Shown here piece after piece: positions 1-8,722 of a DNA stretch of 52,945 bases (position 1 is its first letter; the number at the start of each line of letters is the position of its first letter). This DNA comes from Candidatus Wildermuthbacteria bacterium RIFCSPHIGHO2_01_FULL_48_27b (lineage in GTDB: Bacteria > Patescibacteriota > Minisyncoccia > Minisyncoccales > UBA10102): contig MHTS01000024.1 in the NCBI GenBank assembly GCA_001824915.1, forward strand, positions 1 through 52,945, given 5' to 3'. The position numbers and the translations under genes are program-made. The notes below the pieces were generated by a model. The model worked only from the letters and a program-made list of their open reading frames with translations, was not told the DNA's origin and did no database searches.

Positions 1-84
1 GAGAAGGAACTTAACACAAGACCGAGGAAACGCCTCGGATACCTTACCCCTTTAGAAGCTATGGGTGTTGCGCTTGGGGGTTGA
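1..84 (+). mobile_element. 3' end of an IS30-family transposase gene (truncated by window edge)
   Basis: Frame 1 reads EKELNTRPRKRLGYLTPLEAMGVALGG*. LNxRPRKxLGyxTPxE is the conserved C-terminal motif of IS30-family DDE transposases. Stop TGA at 82-84. Confidence 0.55.
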
Positions 85-94
85 ATTCAGCAAT

Positions 95-1231
95 ATGGGT
101 TTTGGATTTTTGAGTTTTGCGCCAAAAAAAGGGAACAATGTTCTCGCTTTGCGCGTGGGGGAACGCGAAGTTGATTTTTTGTTGTTTAAAAATACCAGCG
201 AGGGGATACGCGTTTTGGCATATGGGAGTGAAGAGACTTTGCATTTTCATATACGGCAGGTACTGGAAAAAATTTTCGCGCAACTCCCTCAAAAAGAACG
301 TATTCACGAACTTAGGGTAACATTTGAGACAAATTCTTTTCGGGCGCAGGTAATAACGCTGACTCTTCCGCCAAAAGGGCACTCGCATATTATAGATAGC
401 GGAGAAGCGCGTTCGATTGAGCGGGAAATTCTTTCGCGCGCGGCGCGCACGCTTCAGAACACTTTATTCCGGGAGTCGGGTATTCTGCCTAATGCGTTTT
501 CTCTGCGAAGGGTAAAAATTCTCGAGCGAAGCATTGCCGGGTATCCCGTTTCCAAACTCGCTGGTTCCATGAGTAGAGAGCTCGAGTTCTCGCTTCTCGG
601 AATGTTTTTGTTGGAATCTTCGTTTCTTCCCGTCGAGGAATTCGCGAGAGCCCATAGGATAGCCGATATGAGCGTGCTCCATATCGCGGAGGCTCTGGAA
701 TCTTTTGTGCGAAAACCCGAACGAGAAGGCATATATCTTTGCATAGAAGAAGAGAAAACCCAGATTGCCGTTCAAATGAGAGATCGCTTTGCGTTTCTTG
801 GCACAGTTTCTATGGGTGCGCACAACTTTACCGAGTTTTTTGCCGATCGTTTAGGGATGCGAGAATCTACGGTCCGTGTTTTCCAACAGCAATACTTTGA
901 GAACAGTCTTTCTGTGGGAGTACAGGAGAAAATGCAAACGTATCTGTTGCCCGAAATCCAGAAGTTTGGTACATTGATAAAGCAAAAACTTTTGGAAGCA
1001 AAGATTGTGTTGCCAGGGTCTCTATGGGTGTTTGGGAGAGGGGGTGTTTTGCGCAATCTCCAAAGTTTGTTTGCGCCCGCGCCGTTGGATGATCTTCCAT
1101 TCGCGCAAAAACCAAGGATACGTTTCTTACTGCCTGAAGATGTTTTGGAAGTAAAAAATTTTCCGGGGGCACGCGATCCTTTCTATACCGAGCTTTGTTT
1201 ATTGGGCGCTTTCGCATTAAATCGGCGATGA
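95..1231 (+). CDS. Divergent FtsA/PilM-like actin-fold protein (product uncertain)
   Basis: Long ORF; in-frame ATG at 95 (the ORF track starts at GTG 65). Overall resemblance to CPR FtsA/PilM-like proteins, with no sharp motif recognised. ATGA stop/start overlap with the next gene. Confidence 0.5.
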   Translation: MGFGFLSFAPKKGNNVLALRVGEREVDFLLFKNTSEGIRVLAYGSEETLHFHIRQVLEKIFAQLPQKERIHELRVTFETNSFRAQVITLTLPPKGHSHIIDSGEARSIEREILSRAARTLQNTLFRESGILPNAFSLRRVKILERSIAGYPVSKLAGSMSRELEFSLLGMFLLESSFLPVEEFARAHRIADMSVLHIAEALESFVRKPEREGIYLCIEEEKTQIAVQMRDRFAFLGTVSMGAHNFTEFFADRLGMRESTVRVFQQQYFENSLSVGVQEKMQTYLLPEIQKFGTLIKQKLLEAKIVLPGSLWVFGRGGVLRNLQSLFAPAPLDDLPFAQKPRIRFLLPEDVLEVKNFPGARDPFYTELCLLGAFALNRR

Positions 1232-2493
1232 AAAAACGAGTTATCGACATTTACCCTCCGCATAGTCGTAGTGAAGCTCTCCAGGCGGAAGAGCGGTTTT
1301 CTGGCGCGACGAGAGAGACCTCTGAGGCGACGGGGCCTCGCGCATCAAGAACTGCGGCACTCTTGGTTTTTGTGCTGCTGTTTTTCGCCCTGTCGGTGCC
1401 TTTTTTGCATTTCTTCTTCTCGCGAGCCACAGTACAAGTATGGCCGCAAATTACCAAACTGCGCACTACCGAGTATATCGTCGCGCAGGTCGGGTACGAC
1501 ACGCTGAATTTGGCGCGAAAGATTATTCGGGCACGAGTATTCGAAGAGGAAGCGGCGCAGACGATGCTTTTTCCCGCATCCGGCAAAAAATTCAAAGAAG
1601 AGAGCGCGCGCGGCATTATTCGCGTATACAACGAGAACTCCACGCAGCCGCAGGCGTTTGTCGCGAATACACGCTTTATTTCAGAGGACGGGAAAATATT
1701 CCGCCTTGAAAGCGCTGCTTCTATCCCCGGAGGGCAAATGGATGGCCGAAAGCTGGTGCCGGGATTCCTTGATGTTACGGTAGTAGCAGCAGAACCCGGC
1801 GAGGACTACAATATTGACCCTTCCAAATTCTCTTTACCCGGTTTAGTGGGATCACCCCTATATACAAAAATCCATGGAGAATCGCTGCGGCCAATGACGG
1901 GCGGCGCCCAACGGGAAGTAGCTGTGGTCCAAGAAGAGGACATCGCTTCGGCGCGAGAACAACTTGTTGAATCGCTCAAAGCCCAGACAACGAAGTCTCT
2001 TCTTGCGAAAGTCCCTCTTCAGTTTCAGGTGCTTCCCGATTCACTTGTCGCTACCGTGGTAGAGGACAATTCTTTGGTGAAGGCAGGGGCAGAATTGGAG
2101 CAGTTTAACTATACCGCAAAAGTAAAAGTTTCTATGCATGGGTTCCATAAGGATGACGCAGATGTTCTTGCCAAATATCTTCTTTCTACTCATTTGGCAG
2201 TGAATCAGGCCATTGATGAAAAAACGTTGCGTATTGACTATCAGATGTCCGGGAGCGCGACAGGGACGGGAGTAGTGCCTATTACGGTTCAGATCGCGGC
2301 AGATAAATACGAAAAGGTCGATACAGCCGCCATAGCACGGCGCATGGGGGGTGTTTCTACCAGTCAGTTTCGCCAACTCATGGATGAGTATCCATTTCTG
2401 GCGAGCGCACAGTTTTCCCTTTGGCCCTTTTGGGTTTCTCGCGTACCCCGAGATATAGAAAGGGTACAACTTGAAGTGCTTTTAGAAGGCTAG
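1228..2493 (+). CDS. Hypothetical protein with one N-terminal transmembrane anchor
   Basis: ATG at 1228 overlaps the upstream stop (ATGA). MKKRVIDIYPP... is followed by the hydrophobic stretch AALLVFVLLFFALSVPFLHFFF. No family confidently recognised. Confidence 0.6.
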   Translation: MKKRVIDIYPPHSRSEALQAEERFSGATRETSEATGPRASRTAALLVFVLLFFALSVPFLHFFFSRATVQVWPQITKLRTTEYIVAQVGYDTLNLARKIIRARVFEEEAAQTMLFPASGKKFKEESARGIIRVYNENSTQPQAFVANTRFISEDGKIFRLESAASIPGGQMDGRKLVPGFLDVTVVAAEPGEDYNIDPSKFSLPGLVGSPLYTKIHGESLRPMTGGAQREVAVVQEEDIASAREQLVESLKAQTTKSLLAKVPLQFQVLPDSLVATVVEDNSLVKAGAELEQFNYTAKVKVSMHGFHKDDADVLAKYLLSTHLAVNQAIDEKTLRIDYQMSGSATGTGVVPITVQIAADKYEKVDTAAIARRMGGVSTSQFRQLMDEYPFLASAQFSLWPFWVSRVPRDIERVQLEVLLEG

Positions 2494-2557
2494 CCCTGAA
2501 CGTAGTTGAAGGGTTGACCTTTGCCATGATTTTTGGTAGTGTAAACCTTACGATAGA

Positions 2558-2782
2558 ATGGAAGAATCAGATTCCAGAGAACTTCGGCAAACGGGCGAGG
2601 TTTTAGAGTCCTTGCCGAGTTTCCAATTTCGTGTTAAGCTTGGTGGTGGCCAGGAGATTCTGGCTTATGTTTCGGGTAAGCTTAGGATGCACAAAATCCG
2701 TATTCTGCCCGGAGATACGGTAACCGTCGAATTGAGCCCATATGATCTAAAAAGAGGGCGGATAGTGTATCGCGGGAAATAG
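2558..2782 (+). CDS. infA: Translation initiation factor IF-1
   Basis: 74 aa with the S1-like IF-1 signature ...[37 protein letters not shown]. Sits at the head of the rpmJ-rpsM-rpsK cluster. Confidence 0.95.
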   Translation: MEESDSRELRQTGEVLESLPSFQFRVKLGGGQEILAYVSGKLRMHKIRILPGDTVTVELSPYDLKRGRIVYRGK

Positions 2783-2786
2783 CTAT

Positions 2787-2903
2787 ATGAAAGTTCAGGC
2801 ATCGGTAAAAAAAGTTTGCAAAGACTGCAAAATTGTCAAACGCGGGCGAAGGCTGTATGTAACGTGCAAGAAAAACCCTAGACATAAGCAGCGGCAAGGA
2901 TAA
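2787..2903 (+). CDS. rpmJ: 50S ribosomal protein L36
   Basis: 38-aa ORF below the ORF-track cutoff: [38 protein letters not shown]. Canonical L36 sequence in the expected position between infA and rpsM. Confidence 0.9.
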   Translation: MKVQASVKKVCKDCKIVKRGRRLYVTCKKNPRHKQRQG

Positions 2904-2907
2904 TTAT

Positions 2908-3297
2908 ATGCCAAGAGTAGTAGGAGTAAGCATCCCAGACAATAAGCAAATCGGAGTCGCCCTCACCTATCTATATGGGGTGGGTTTGGCTTTGAGCCGT
3001 AAGATATTGAAAGAGGCGAATATTGATGAAACACGAAAAGCATCGAGCATAACGCTTGATGAGCTGAATAAAATTAAAGAAATTATAGGAAAAAACTACC
3101 GTATTGAAGGCGAGTTGCGTCGCGATATCATGATGAATATTCGAAGGTTGCACGACATTGGTTCGTGGCGGGGGAGTCGCCATGCCAAACGCTTAACCGT
3201 AAGGGGTCAGCGGACGCGCACCAATAGCAGAACCGTGCGCGGGAACGTGCGAAAAACCGTAACTTCGGGCAGAAAACCCGCCGCAAAACCAACATAG
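2908..3297 (+). CDS. rpsM: 30S ribosomal protein S13
   Basis: MPRVVGVSIPDNKQIGVALTYLYGVG... is a typical S13 N-terminus; conserved synteny. Confidence 0.95.
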   Translation: MPRVVGVSIPDNKQIGVALTYLYGVGLALSRKILKEANIDETRKASSITLDELNKIKEIIGKNYRIEGELRRDIMMNIRRLHDIGSWRGSRHAKRLTVRGQRTRTNSRTVRGNVRKTVTSGRKPAAKPT

Positions 3298-3298
3298 T

Positions 3299-3748
3299 AT
3301 GGGGAAGAAGCGTATTATAAAAAAGGGTGAAGAGGGAGCGAGCGATAGGAAGCAAGCGGGGGATGCTGCGACAAGTACACCGCGAGTCAGCGCCGCCAAA
3401 CGGGTACTCGAAGGGCGGGTGTATGTGTATTCCTCATACAACAATACGTTAATGTCACTTTGCGATGCGAAGGGAAACGTATTGGCGCAGGTGTCGGCGG
3501 GCGCTATTGGATTTAAGGGTACAAAAAAATCTACTCCATTTGCCGCCGCGAAAGTTGCGGACGCGGTATCACAGATTGCAAGAAATAAAGGCATGGAAAA
3601 AGTTGATATTTTGATTAAAGGAGTAGGGTCTGGAAGAGATTCTGCCTTGCGGGCGTTGGGCTCAAAAGGGTTTGAAATAACTTCGATTCAGGATCTTACG
3701 CCAGTCCCGCATAACGGGCCTCGGCTAAGGAAAGTAAGGCGTGTGTAA
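3299..3748 (+). CDS. rpsK: 30S ribosomal protein S11
   Basis: ...GRVYVYSSYNNTLMSLCDAKGNVLAQVSAGAIGFKGTKKSTPFAA... and the C-terminal ...DLTPVPHNGPRLRKVRRV are S11 signatures. Confidence 0.95.
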   Translation: MGKKRIIKKGEEGASDRKQAGDAATSTPRVSAAKRVLEGRVYVYSSYNNTLMSLCDAKGNVLAQVSAGAIGFKGTKKSTPFAAAKVADAVSQIARNKGMEKVDILIKGVGSGRDSALRALGSKGFEITSIQDLTPVPHNGPRLRKVRRV

Positions 3749-3775
3749 CCCATTCGACACGCTCATGGTAAACAT

Positions 3776-4300
3776 ATGCAAAAAGGAGTTGTAAGAAAAA
3801 GGCGCACTTCCCAGCTGTCCGAATACGGAAAACAGCTGCAAGAAAAGCAGGAGTTGAAGAATCAGTATAACTTGCGGGAACGTCAGTTTCGCCACTATAT
3901 TGATAGTGCGTTGGAAAAAAGCGGCGTGCAAAACGCAGAGGAACAACTTTTGCAGCATTTAGAGAGGCGTTTGGATAACGTGGTGTTTCGCATGGGCGTG
4001 GCGGAAACACGCAAACAAGCCCGTCAGTTAGTTTCTCACGGACATATTCGGGTAAACGAAAAGAGAGTTCTGGTTCCTTCTTATCAGACAAAACGCGGCG
4101 ACAAAATATCCGTTCGCCCGAATTCGCGGGAAAACATATTTTTTAAAAACCGAAAACTGGCGCTTAAAAAATATGAGTCTCCAAGTTGGCTGGAGCTTCA
4201 CAAGGAGAATTTGGAGGCAGAAATAAAAGGTGTGCCGGGGCTGGAGGAAATAGGAGTTACGGTCCAGATTCCTTTGGTCTTTGAGTTTTATTCCAGATAA
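3776..4300 (+). CDS. rpsD: 30S ribosomal protein S4
   Basis: S4 domain RLDNVVFRMGVAETRKQARQLVSHGHIRVNEKRV; synteny rpsK-rpsD-rpoA. Confidence 0.9.
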   Translation: MQKGVVRKRRTSQLSEYGKQLQEKQELKNQYNLRERQFRHYIDSALEKSGVQNAEEQLLQHLERRLDNVVFRMGVAETRKQARQLVSHGHIRVNEKRVLVPSYQTKRGDKISVRPNSRENIFFKNRKLALKKYESPSWLELHKENLEAEIKGVPGLEEIGVTVQIPLVFEFYSR

Positions 4301-4319
4301 TCAATTAGTAATTTTGCAT

Positions 4320-5162
4320 ATGATTCCTTTGCCGCAACCAACAAAAGTGGTCGAAAGCAAGCAGAACTTAGGTGTATTCGTAATTGAGGGTCTTTATCCG
4401 GGCTATGGCATTACCATTGGGAACAGTTTGCGGCGCGTGCTGTTGTCTTCCCTGGAGGGTGCTGCAATAACACAGGTAAAGATCAAAGGAGTAGACCACG
4501 AATTTTCTACTCTGCCGGGGGTGCTTGAAGACGTGATTATGATTTTGCTTAATCTCAAGCAAATGCGATTTCGCATGTATGGCGAGGAGCCGCAAACGGC
4601 AAGCTTGAAGGTGAAAGGTGAGCGAGAAGTAAAGGCATCTGATTTTAAACTTCCGCCTTCCTTGGAACTTGCGAATGGCGATCTTACGATTGCGCATACC
4701 ACGGATAAATCAATAGAGCTTGAAATGGAAATTCAAGTGGAAAGAGGCATTGGGTATGTGCCCGCAGGCGATCGAAAAAAAGAAAAACAAGAAATTGGAA
4801 GTATCGCGCTTGATGCTATTTTTACACCCATGAAACGCGTAAGTTCAAAAGTGGAAAATATGCGCGTGGGAGATCGTACCGATTTCAATCGTCTTACTTT
4901 GGAAATCGAAACTGACGGCACCATAACTCCGGAAGAAGCGTTTTATCAGGCTACTGATGTACTGCTGAAGCAGTTTGAGGTAGTGATGAGTGGTGTAAAG
5001 GAAATTGCGGAGGCCCGCCTTGACTCCTCGAGGCAGGCGAAAATGGCGCCCGTGAGTGAGGAAGAAAAAGATGAGGGTGAAAAAAGCCCAAAGAAATCGG
5101 GAAAGAAAGCAAAAACCCCAAGGCAGACAAAGGGGAAAAAGGCGGCCAAGAGCAAAGAGTAA
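4320..5162 (+). CDS. rpoA: DNA-directed RNA polymerase alpha subunit: N-terminal domain plus a Lys/Glu-rich tail, with no recognisable alpha-CTD
   Basis: VIEGLYPGYGITIGNSLRRVLLSSLEGAAIT is the alpha-NTD signature. I chose the ATG at 4320 because the ORF-track start overlaps rpsD. The C-terminus is KSPKKSGKKAKTPRQTKGKKAAKSKE rather than a helix-hairpin-helix CTD. Confidence 0.9.
   Translation: MIPLPQPTKVVESKQNLGVFVIEGLYPGYGITIGNSLRRVLLSSLEGAAITQVKIKGVDHEFSTLPGVLEDVIMILLNLKQMRFRMYGEEPQTASLKVKGEREVKASDFKLPPSLELANGDLTIAHTTDKSIELEMEIQVERGIGYVPAGDRKKEKQEIGSIALDAIFTPMKRVSSKVENMRVGDRTDFNRLTLEIETDGTITPEEAFYQATDVLLKQFEVVMSGVKEIAEARLDSSRQAKMAPVSEEEKDEGEKSPKKSGKKAKTPRQTKGKKAAKSKE
5013..5038. repeat. GC-rich imperfect palindrome, in-frame in the rpoA tail (orientation B)
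   Basis: GCCCGCCTTG-actcct-CGAGGCAGGC encodes ARLDSSRQA. Same element as at 29187, 41711 (reverse complement), 28055, 35249 and 49698. Confidence 0.8.
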
Positions 5163-5167
5163 TTTGT

Positions 5168-5518
5168 ATGAAGAAACGAAAAGCGGGAAGAATACTTTCG
5201 AGAAAGAAAAGCGTGCGTAATGCTCTGCTTATTTCTGTTATGCGTGCGCTAGCGCAGAAAGAAAAAGTGCAGCTTACTGAAGCTAAAGCAAAAGAAGTAG
5301 CGCCTTTGATGGAGCGCTTGATTACGAAAGCGAAAAGCGATAGTTTGCACTCGCGCCGCGAATTGCTTCGGTATTTTTCCGCTTCACTCGTGAAGAAAAT
5401 GTTGGAAGAAATAGGCCCGCGGTATCGCGAGCGACAGGGCGGGTATACCCGAGTTATAAAAACCATTCCCCGAAAATCTGACGGAGCGAAGATGGCTATA
5501 GTGGAATTTGTGAAATAG
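5168..5518 (+). CDS. rplQ: 50S ribosomal protein L17
   Basis: Follows rpoA as in most bacteria. ...RRELLRYF...GGYTRVIKTIPRKSDGAKMAIVEFV is an L17-like C-terminus. Confidence 0.9.
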   Translation: MKKRKAGRILSRKKSVRNALLISVMRALAQKEKVQLTEAKAKEVAPLMERLITKAKSDSLHSRRELLRYFSASLVKKMLEEIGPRYRERQGGYTRVIKTIPRKSDGAKMAIVEFVK

Positions 5519-5522
5519 ATTT

Positions 5523-5879
5523 ATGGAAACGATTGAAAGAAAAACTCATACCATAGACGCGACTGACCAGAAGTTTGGCCGTTTGGCAGTACGCGTGGCC
5601 CTCTTACTCCGAGGAAAAACAAAGCCCGCGTTTGCTTCTAATAAAGATGTGGGGGATTTTGTGATTGTGAAAAACGTTCAGCACATGCAGTTTTCCGGAA
5701 AGAAACTGGGGCAAAAGTCATATTACTATCATTCAGGTTATATAGGCAGTTTGCGGGAAGCAAAGTTGGGAGAGCGGTTTAGTAAGCGGCCTAGCGAAGT
5801 TTTGAGGAAAACGGTATGGGGAATGTTGCCGAAAAACAAACTTCGCCCCAAACAGATAAACCGTCTTAGTTTTGAATAA
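5523..5879 (+). CDS. rplM: 50S ribosomal protein L13 (short form)
   Basis: ...DATDQKFGRLAVRVALLLRGKTKPAF...YYYHSGYIGSL... are L13 motifs; rplM-rpsI pair. Confidence 0.9.
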   Translation: METIERKTHTIDATDQKFGRLAVRVALLLRGKTKPAFASNKDVGDFVIVKNVQHMQFSGKKLGQKSYYYHSGYIGSLREAKLGERFSKRPSEVLRKTVWGMLPKNKLRPKQINRLSFE

Positions 5880-5880
5880 T

Positions 5881-6294
5881 ATGCCACGTGTTTCACCCGA
5901 AAAAATATCATATATTGAAGCGGTAGGAAGACGTAAAACCTCCACCGCGAGGGTTCGGCTTTCTTTATCTGACAAACCGCAATTCGTGGTGAATGAAAAA
6001 CCCTTTGAGGAATATGTACAGGAAGCTGCGTATCAGGTTGTCGCCAAAGAATCTTTAGAGAAGGGGAGTCCTGACAAGAGTTTTGCTGTGAGTGTGCTGG
6101 TGTACGGCGGGGGTCCGCATTCACAGGCTGAAGCCATTCGGCAGGGACTTGCGCGGGCGCTTGTGAAGATGGATCCAGAGCTTCGGCCGAATTTGAAAAC
6201 CCTTGGATTTCTTACGCGCGACTCCAGAATGCGGGAACGGAAAAAATTCGGTCTCAAGCGCGCTCGAAGAGCGCGACAATGGAGGAAGCGGTAG
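5881..6294 (+). CDS. rpsI: 30S ribosomal protein S9
   Basis: ...AVGRRKTSTARVRL... and the C-terminal ...RKKFGLKRARRARQWRKR are S9 signatures. The ATG at 5881 lies just after the rplM stop. Confidence 0.9.
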   Translation: MPRVSPEKISYIEAVGRRKTSTARVRLSLSDKPQFVVNEKPFEEYVQEAAYQVVAKESLEKGSPDKSFAVSVLVYGGGPHSQAEAIRQGLARALVKMDPELRPNLKTLGFLTRDSRMRERKKFGLKRARRARQWRKR

Positions 6295-6314
6295 CCTTCC
6301 AATTTGTTGGTTTT

Positions 6315-6346
6315 ACCCGCCCCTTGAAGGGGCGGGTTTGTTTTCC
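6315..6346 (+). terminator. Rho-independent terminator after rpsI
   Basis: ACCCGCCCC-ttgaa-GGGGCGGGT followed by TTGTTTT. Confidence 0.7.
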
Positions 6347-6410
6347 TTGCAAGATTCTTGTTTTTGTGGTATGGCATATACAGTCTAGCGACTAACGGAG
6401 GAGGCACGTA

Positions 6411-7169
6411 ATGACGATAGAAGAGCAGGCGGATCGACTGTATTCGGAAGGGAAGTATCGGGAGGTGATTGCGATACGCACCGACTGGCGCCGCGAAAAC
6501 CCGGACGCGCCAATGGGTAGGATAGATCTACGCGCCGCGTGGGCGCACTATCAGTTGGGAGAATTCCCGGCTGCAGAAGAGATTGCGCTTCCTATCGTAC
6601 CCCGTTACCCGGTCCGCGACGCCCTTGAGGCGAACGCGGGATTGCTTCTGGCGCACTGCGCTGAAAGGCAAGGGAAACTGGTAGAGGCGGATGAAAGGCT
6701 AGTGGTGCTTCCTGCGAGCAGGGGGCGCGACAATCTCGCCATGACCATTATGCTTGCAAGAAAACGCGCAGGCGCGGTGACCAATGCGCGCGTGCTGCAA
6801 CTGGCGGTCGATGCAATGATGCGTGTGCCCTACGACGTTGTAGATGCGCACATCATCAACAACGTTGCTTGGCTGCTCCATCAGTCACGCGGTCAGGCGG
6901 ATGTGCCGCAAATACTCCCCATTCTCCCTGGTCTGGTGGAAATGGCTATCGGCATTTACGATGCCGTCGGAGCCGCCGACAACCACCGGGCAGGCGTTCG
7001 ATACCGGGCTGCGCTTATCTTCGAGGCTGCCGGTTGGCTGGAGGGAGCTCGCACCCTCATCCAGCAATCGGTGGAATTGTGGCGTGCGCTTGTCGCTCGC
7101 GAAGGCGGCGATCGTTTCGCCAGTAATCTCGCCGGCGCCGAAGAGGTATTTCGCCGACTTGGCGCATAG
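6411..7169 (+). CDS. GC-rich orphan protein with TPR-like repeats
   Basis: Strong SD GGAGGAGG 6 nt before the ATG. TPR-like segments (LYSEGKYREVIAI; AAWAHYQLGEFPAAEEIA). Visibly higher GC than its neighbours, with open alternative frames typical of GC-rich DNA. Confidence 0.6.
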   Translation: MTIEEQADRLYSEGKYREVIAIRTDWRRENPDAPMGRIDLRAAWAHYQLGEFPAAEEIALPIVPRYPVRDALEANAGLLLAHCAERQGKLVEADERLVVLPASRGRDNLAMTIMLARKRAGAVTNARVLQLAVDAMMRVPYDVVDAHIINNVAWLLHQSRGQADVPQILPILPGLVEMAIGIYDAVGAADNHRAGVRYRAALIFEAAGWLEGARTLIQQSVELWRALVAREGGDRFASNLAGAEEVFRRLGA

Positions 7170-7186
7170 TTTTCCGAAACCGGTAA

Positions 7187-7226
7187 AGCGCCCGAACTGC
7201 AGATGCAGTCCGGGCGCTATTTTTTT
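7187..7226. terminator. Hairpin terminator between convergent genes
   Basis: AGCGCCCG-(16-nt loop containing ctgca/tgcag)-CGGGCGCT followed by ATTTTTTT. Confidence 0.6.
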
Positions 7227-7244
7227 ACAAAGAGATTCAACAGA

Positions 7245-8579
7245 TCAAGGCAGGAGGTTTTTGGAGGCGGTGATTTGGCCGCCGGTGTACACGAGGAGAA
7301 TTTTCTCGCCGCTCTGCCAGACAAGAGTAGGGTTGGGGAAAGCGGCAAGCTCCACAATATTAAGGTGATCTCGCGTATCAATCTCCGATACGACAATTGT
7401 ATCGCCCCGCGTAAAAATAAGGTAATGCGAGGTGAACCAGGAAAGATTTTTGATGTCCTCGCTGAATCTCGTGAGGAATATTCGTTCGTTCTTTGCGCGC
7501 GCAGGTTGTTCCCGGTCGTCTTCAAAATAATACAGCCACAATTCTCTTCCGCTTGACAGCGCGAGCTTTTTCCCATCAGGGCTTAAGGTCATTTCGGAAA
7601 AAGGCGTAAAGAATTGTTCGAATGCTTGTGTTTGGCGATTGAGCAGATATAATGTTTGAGCTTCCTGAATAAAGGATTCATTTCTAAGTGTATAGATTGT
7701 ATATGATGTTCCTGCGCGTACAGGGAACGGTTTTTGGTTAAGCTGCGTAGCTTGGGAAGCGGTGTTTCCCTGCTGCCAGAGGATACCATTTTGGTCGAGC
7801 CACACAATGTCGTTTTCACTTTCGAGAAAAGCAGCAGCTTGTTGAGCGCGCGGATCAATAATGTATTTCTCACGCAGTTGTGCGGCGGTTTGCAGCGTTT
7901 TTTCAACAGTTGGTTGCGTGAGCAAGCTGCGGTCAATTCGCTGAATAAAGCTTTGCGACACTCCTGCGGATACGATCCGCATAAGGAAAGAATTGGAATC
8001 GGAAGCCCAGCGAATTTCTAGAATTTCATCTGTTGCAGAAAGCGATTTATAAAGAGGATATTCAACATTTCTAAGAGAATCCCAGAGTACAAGAGTCCAA
8101 CTGGTTTGCGCGTCAGCCCGCGGAGACTTTTGTATGATTGCCTCGGTTTTACGAGGTGAAGGCCAAAAGGCCAGAATTTCGTTTTCCAGCACGGTAAACG
8201 GAGGATCTACGGGTATTAAGGTAATGTGTTTTGCCTCTGTCACTTGCTTGGCAGAAACGGTTAATAGTTTTTCCCAAGGGTGATAGCCTTCTTTTTGTAT
8301 TCGAATTTGATAGGTGTCGGGAGGAAAATTCTCCGTGAGGGTAGTACCCAAAATGCGGGCAGTTCGTCCAGTTAGCTGCCCATTTACAAACACCTCCGCG
8401 CGTGTTGGCATTACGCTAAAGTAAAACGCGCCCACCTGTGAAAACCACCGTTCTTGCCAATCAAATCGGTAGCCTTGAGAATATAAGATTAAGAGGGGTG
8501 CTGCGAGAAGAAAAAGGATCCCCAGCAAGATGAATAACGATGTCCGCGCGCGTTTGCTCATTGTGTCCATTATATGCAT
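7245..8579 (-). CDS. Membrane-anchored PEGA-domain / beta-propeller-like protein
   Basis: N-terminal TM segment (SLFILLGILFLLAAPLLILY). PEGA-like segment EVFVNGQLTGRT...DTYQIRIQKEGYHPWEK. TolB-like LSPDGKKLALSSGRELWLYY near the C-terminus. Confidence 0.65.
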   Translation of the reverse strand: MHIMDTMSKRARTSLFILLGILFLLAAPLLILYSQGYRFDWQERWFSQVGAFYFSVMPTRAEVFVNGQLTGRTARILGTTLTENFPPDTYQIRIQKEGYHPWEKLLTVSAKQVTEAKHITLIPVDPPFTVLENEILAFWPSPRKTEAIIQKSPRADAQTSWTLVLWDSLRNVEYPLYKSLSATDEILEIRWASDSNSFLMRIVSAGVSQSFIQRIDRSLLTQPTVEKTLQTAAQLREKYIIDPRAQQAAAFLESENDIVWLDQNGILWQQGNTASQATQLNQKPFPVRAGTSYTIYTLRNESFIQEAQTLYLLNRQTQAFEQFFTPFSEMTLSPDGKKLALSSGRELWLYYFEDDREQPARAKNERIFLTRFSEDIKNLSWFTSHYLIFTRGDTIVVSEIDTRDHLNIVELAAFPNPTLVWQSGEKILLVYTGGQITASKNLLP

Positions 8580-8722
8580 TTTTGCTAGTGTGTGCTAGCC
8601 GAGGAAAAGAGAGGAGGGATGCGCGCCTTTTGAGAGTTTTATATTTGCTATGTTTATGCAATGCTTTACTATTTCAACGGTCGTCAAGTTATTAAAGCGA
8701 ATTGAAAACGAGTGAAGCATAC

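Noticed and set aside
4951-5466. 171-aa minus-strand ORF antisense to rpoA/rplQ, plus many similar antisense ORFs in the track (for example 9499-10029, 15648-16526, 29315-29833).
   Set aside because: They are antisense to confidently identified conserved genes, with low-complexity Ser/Arg/Phe-rich translations.
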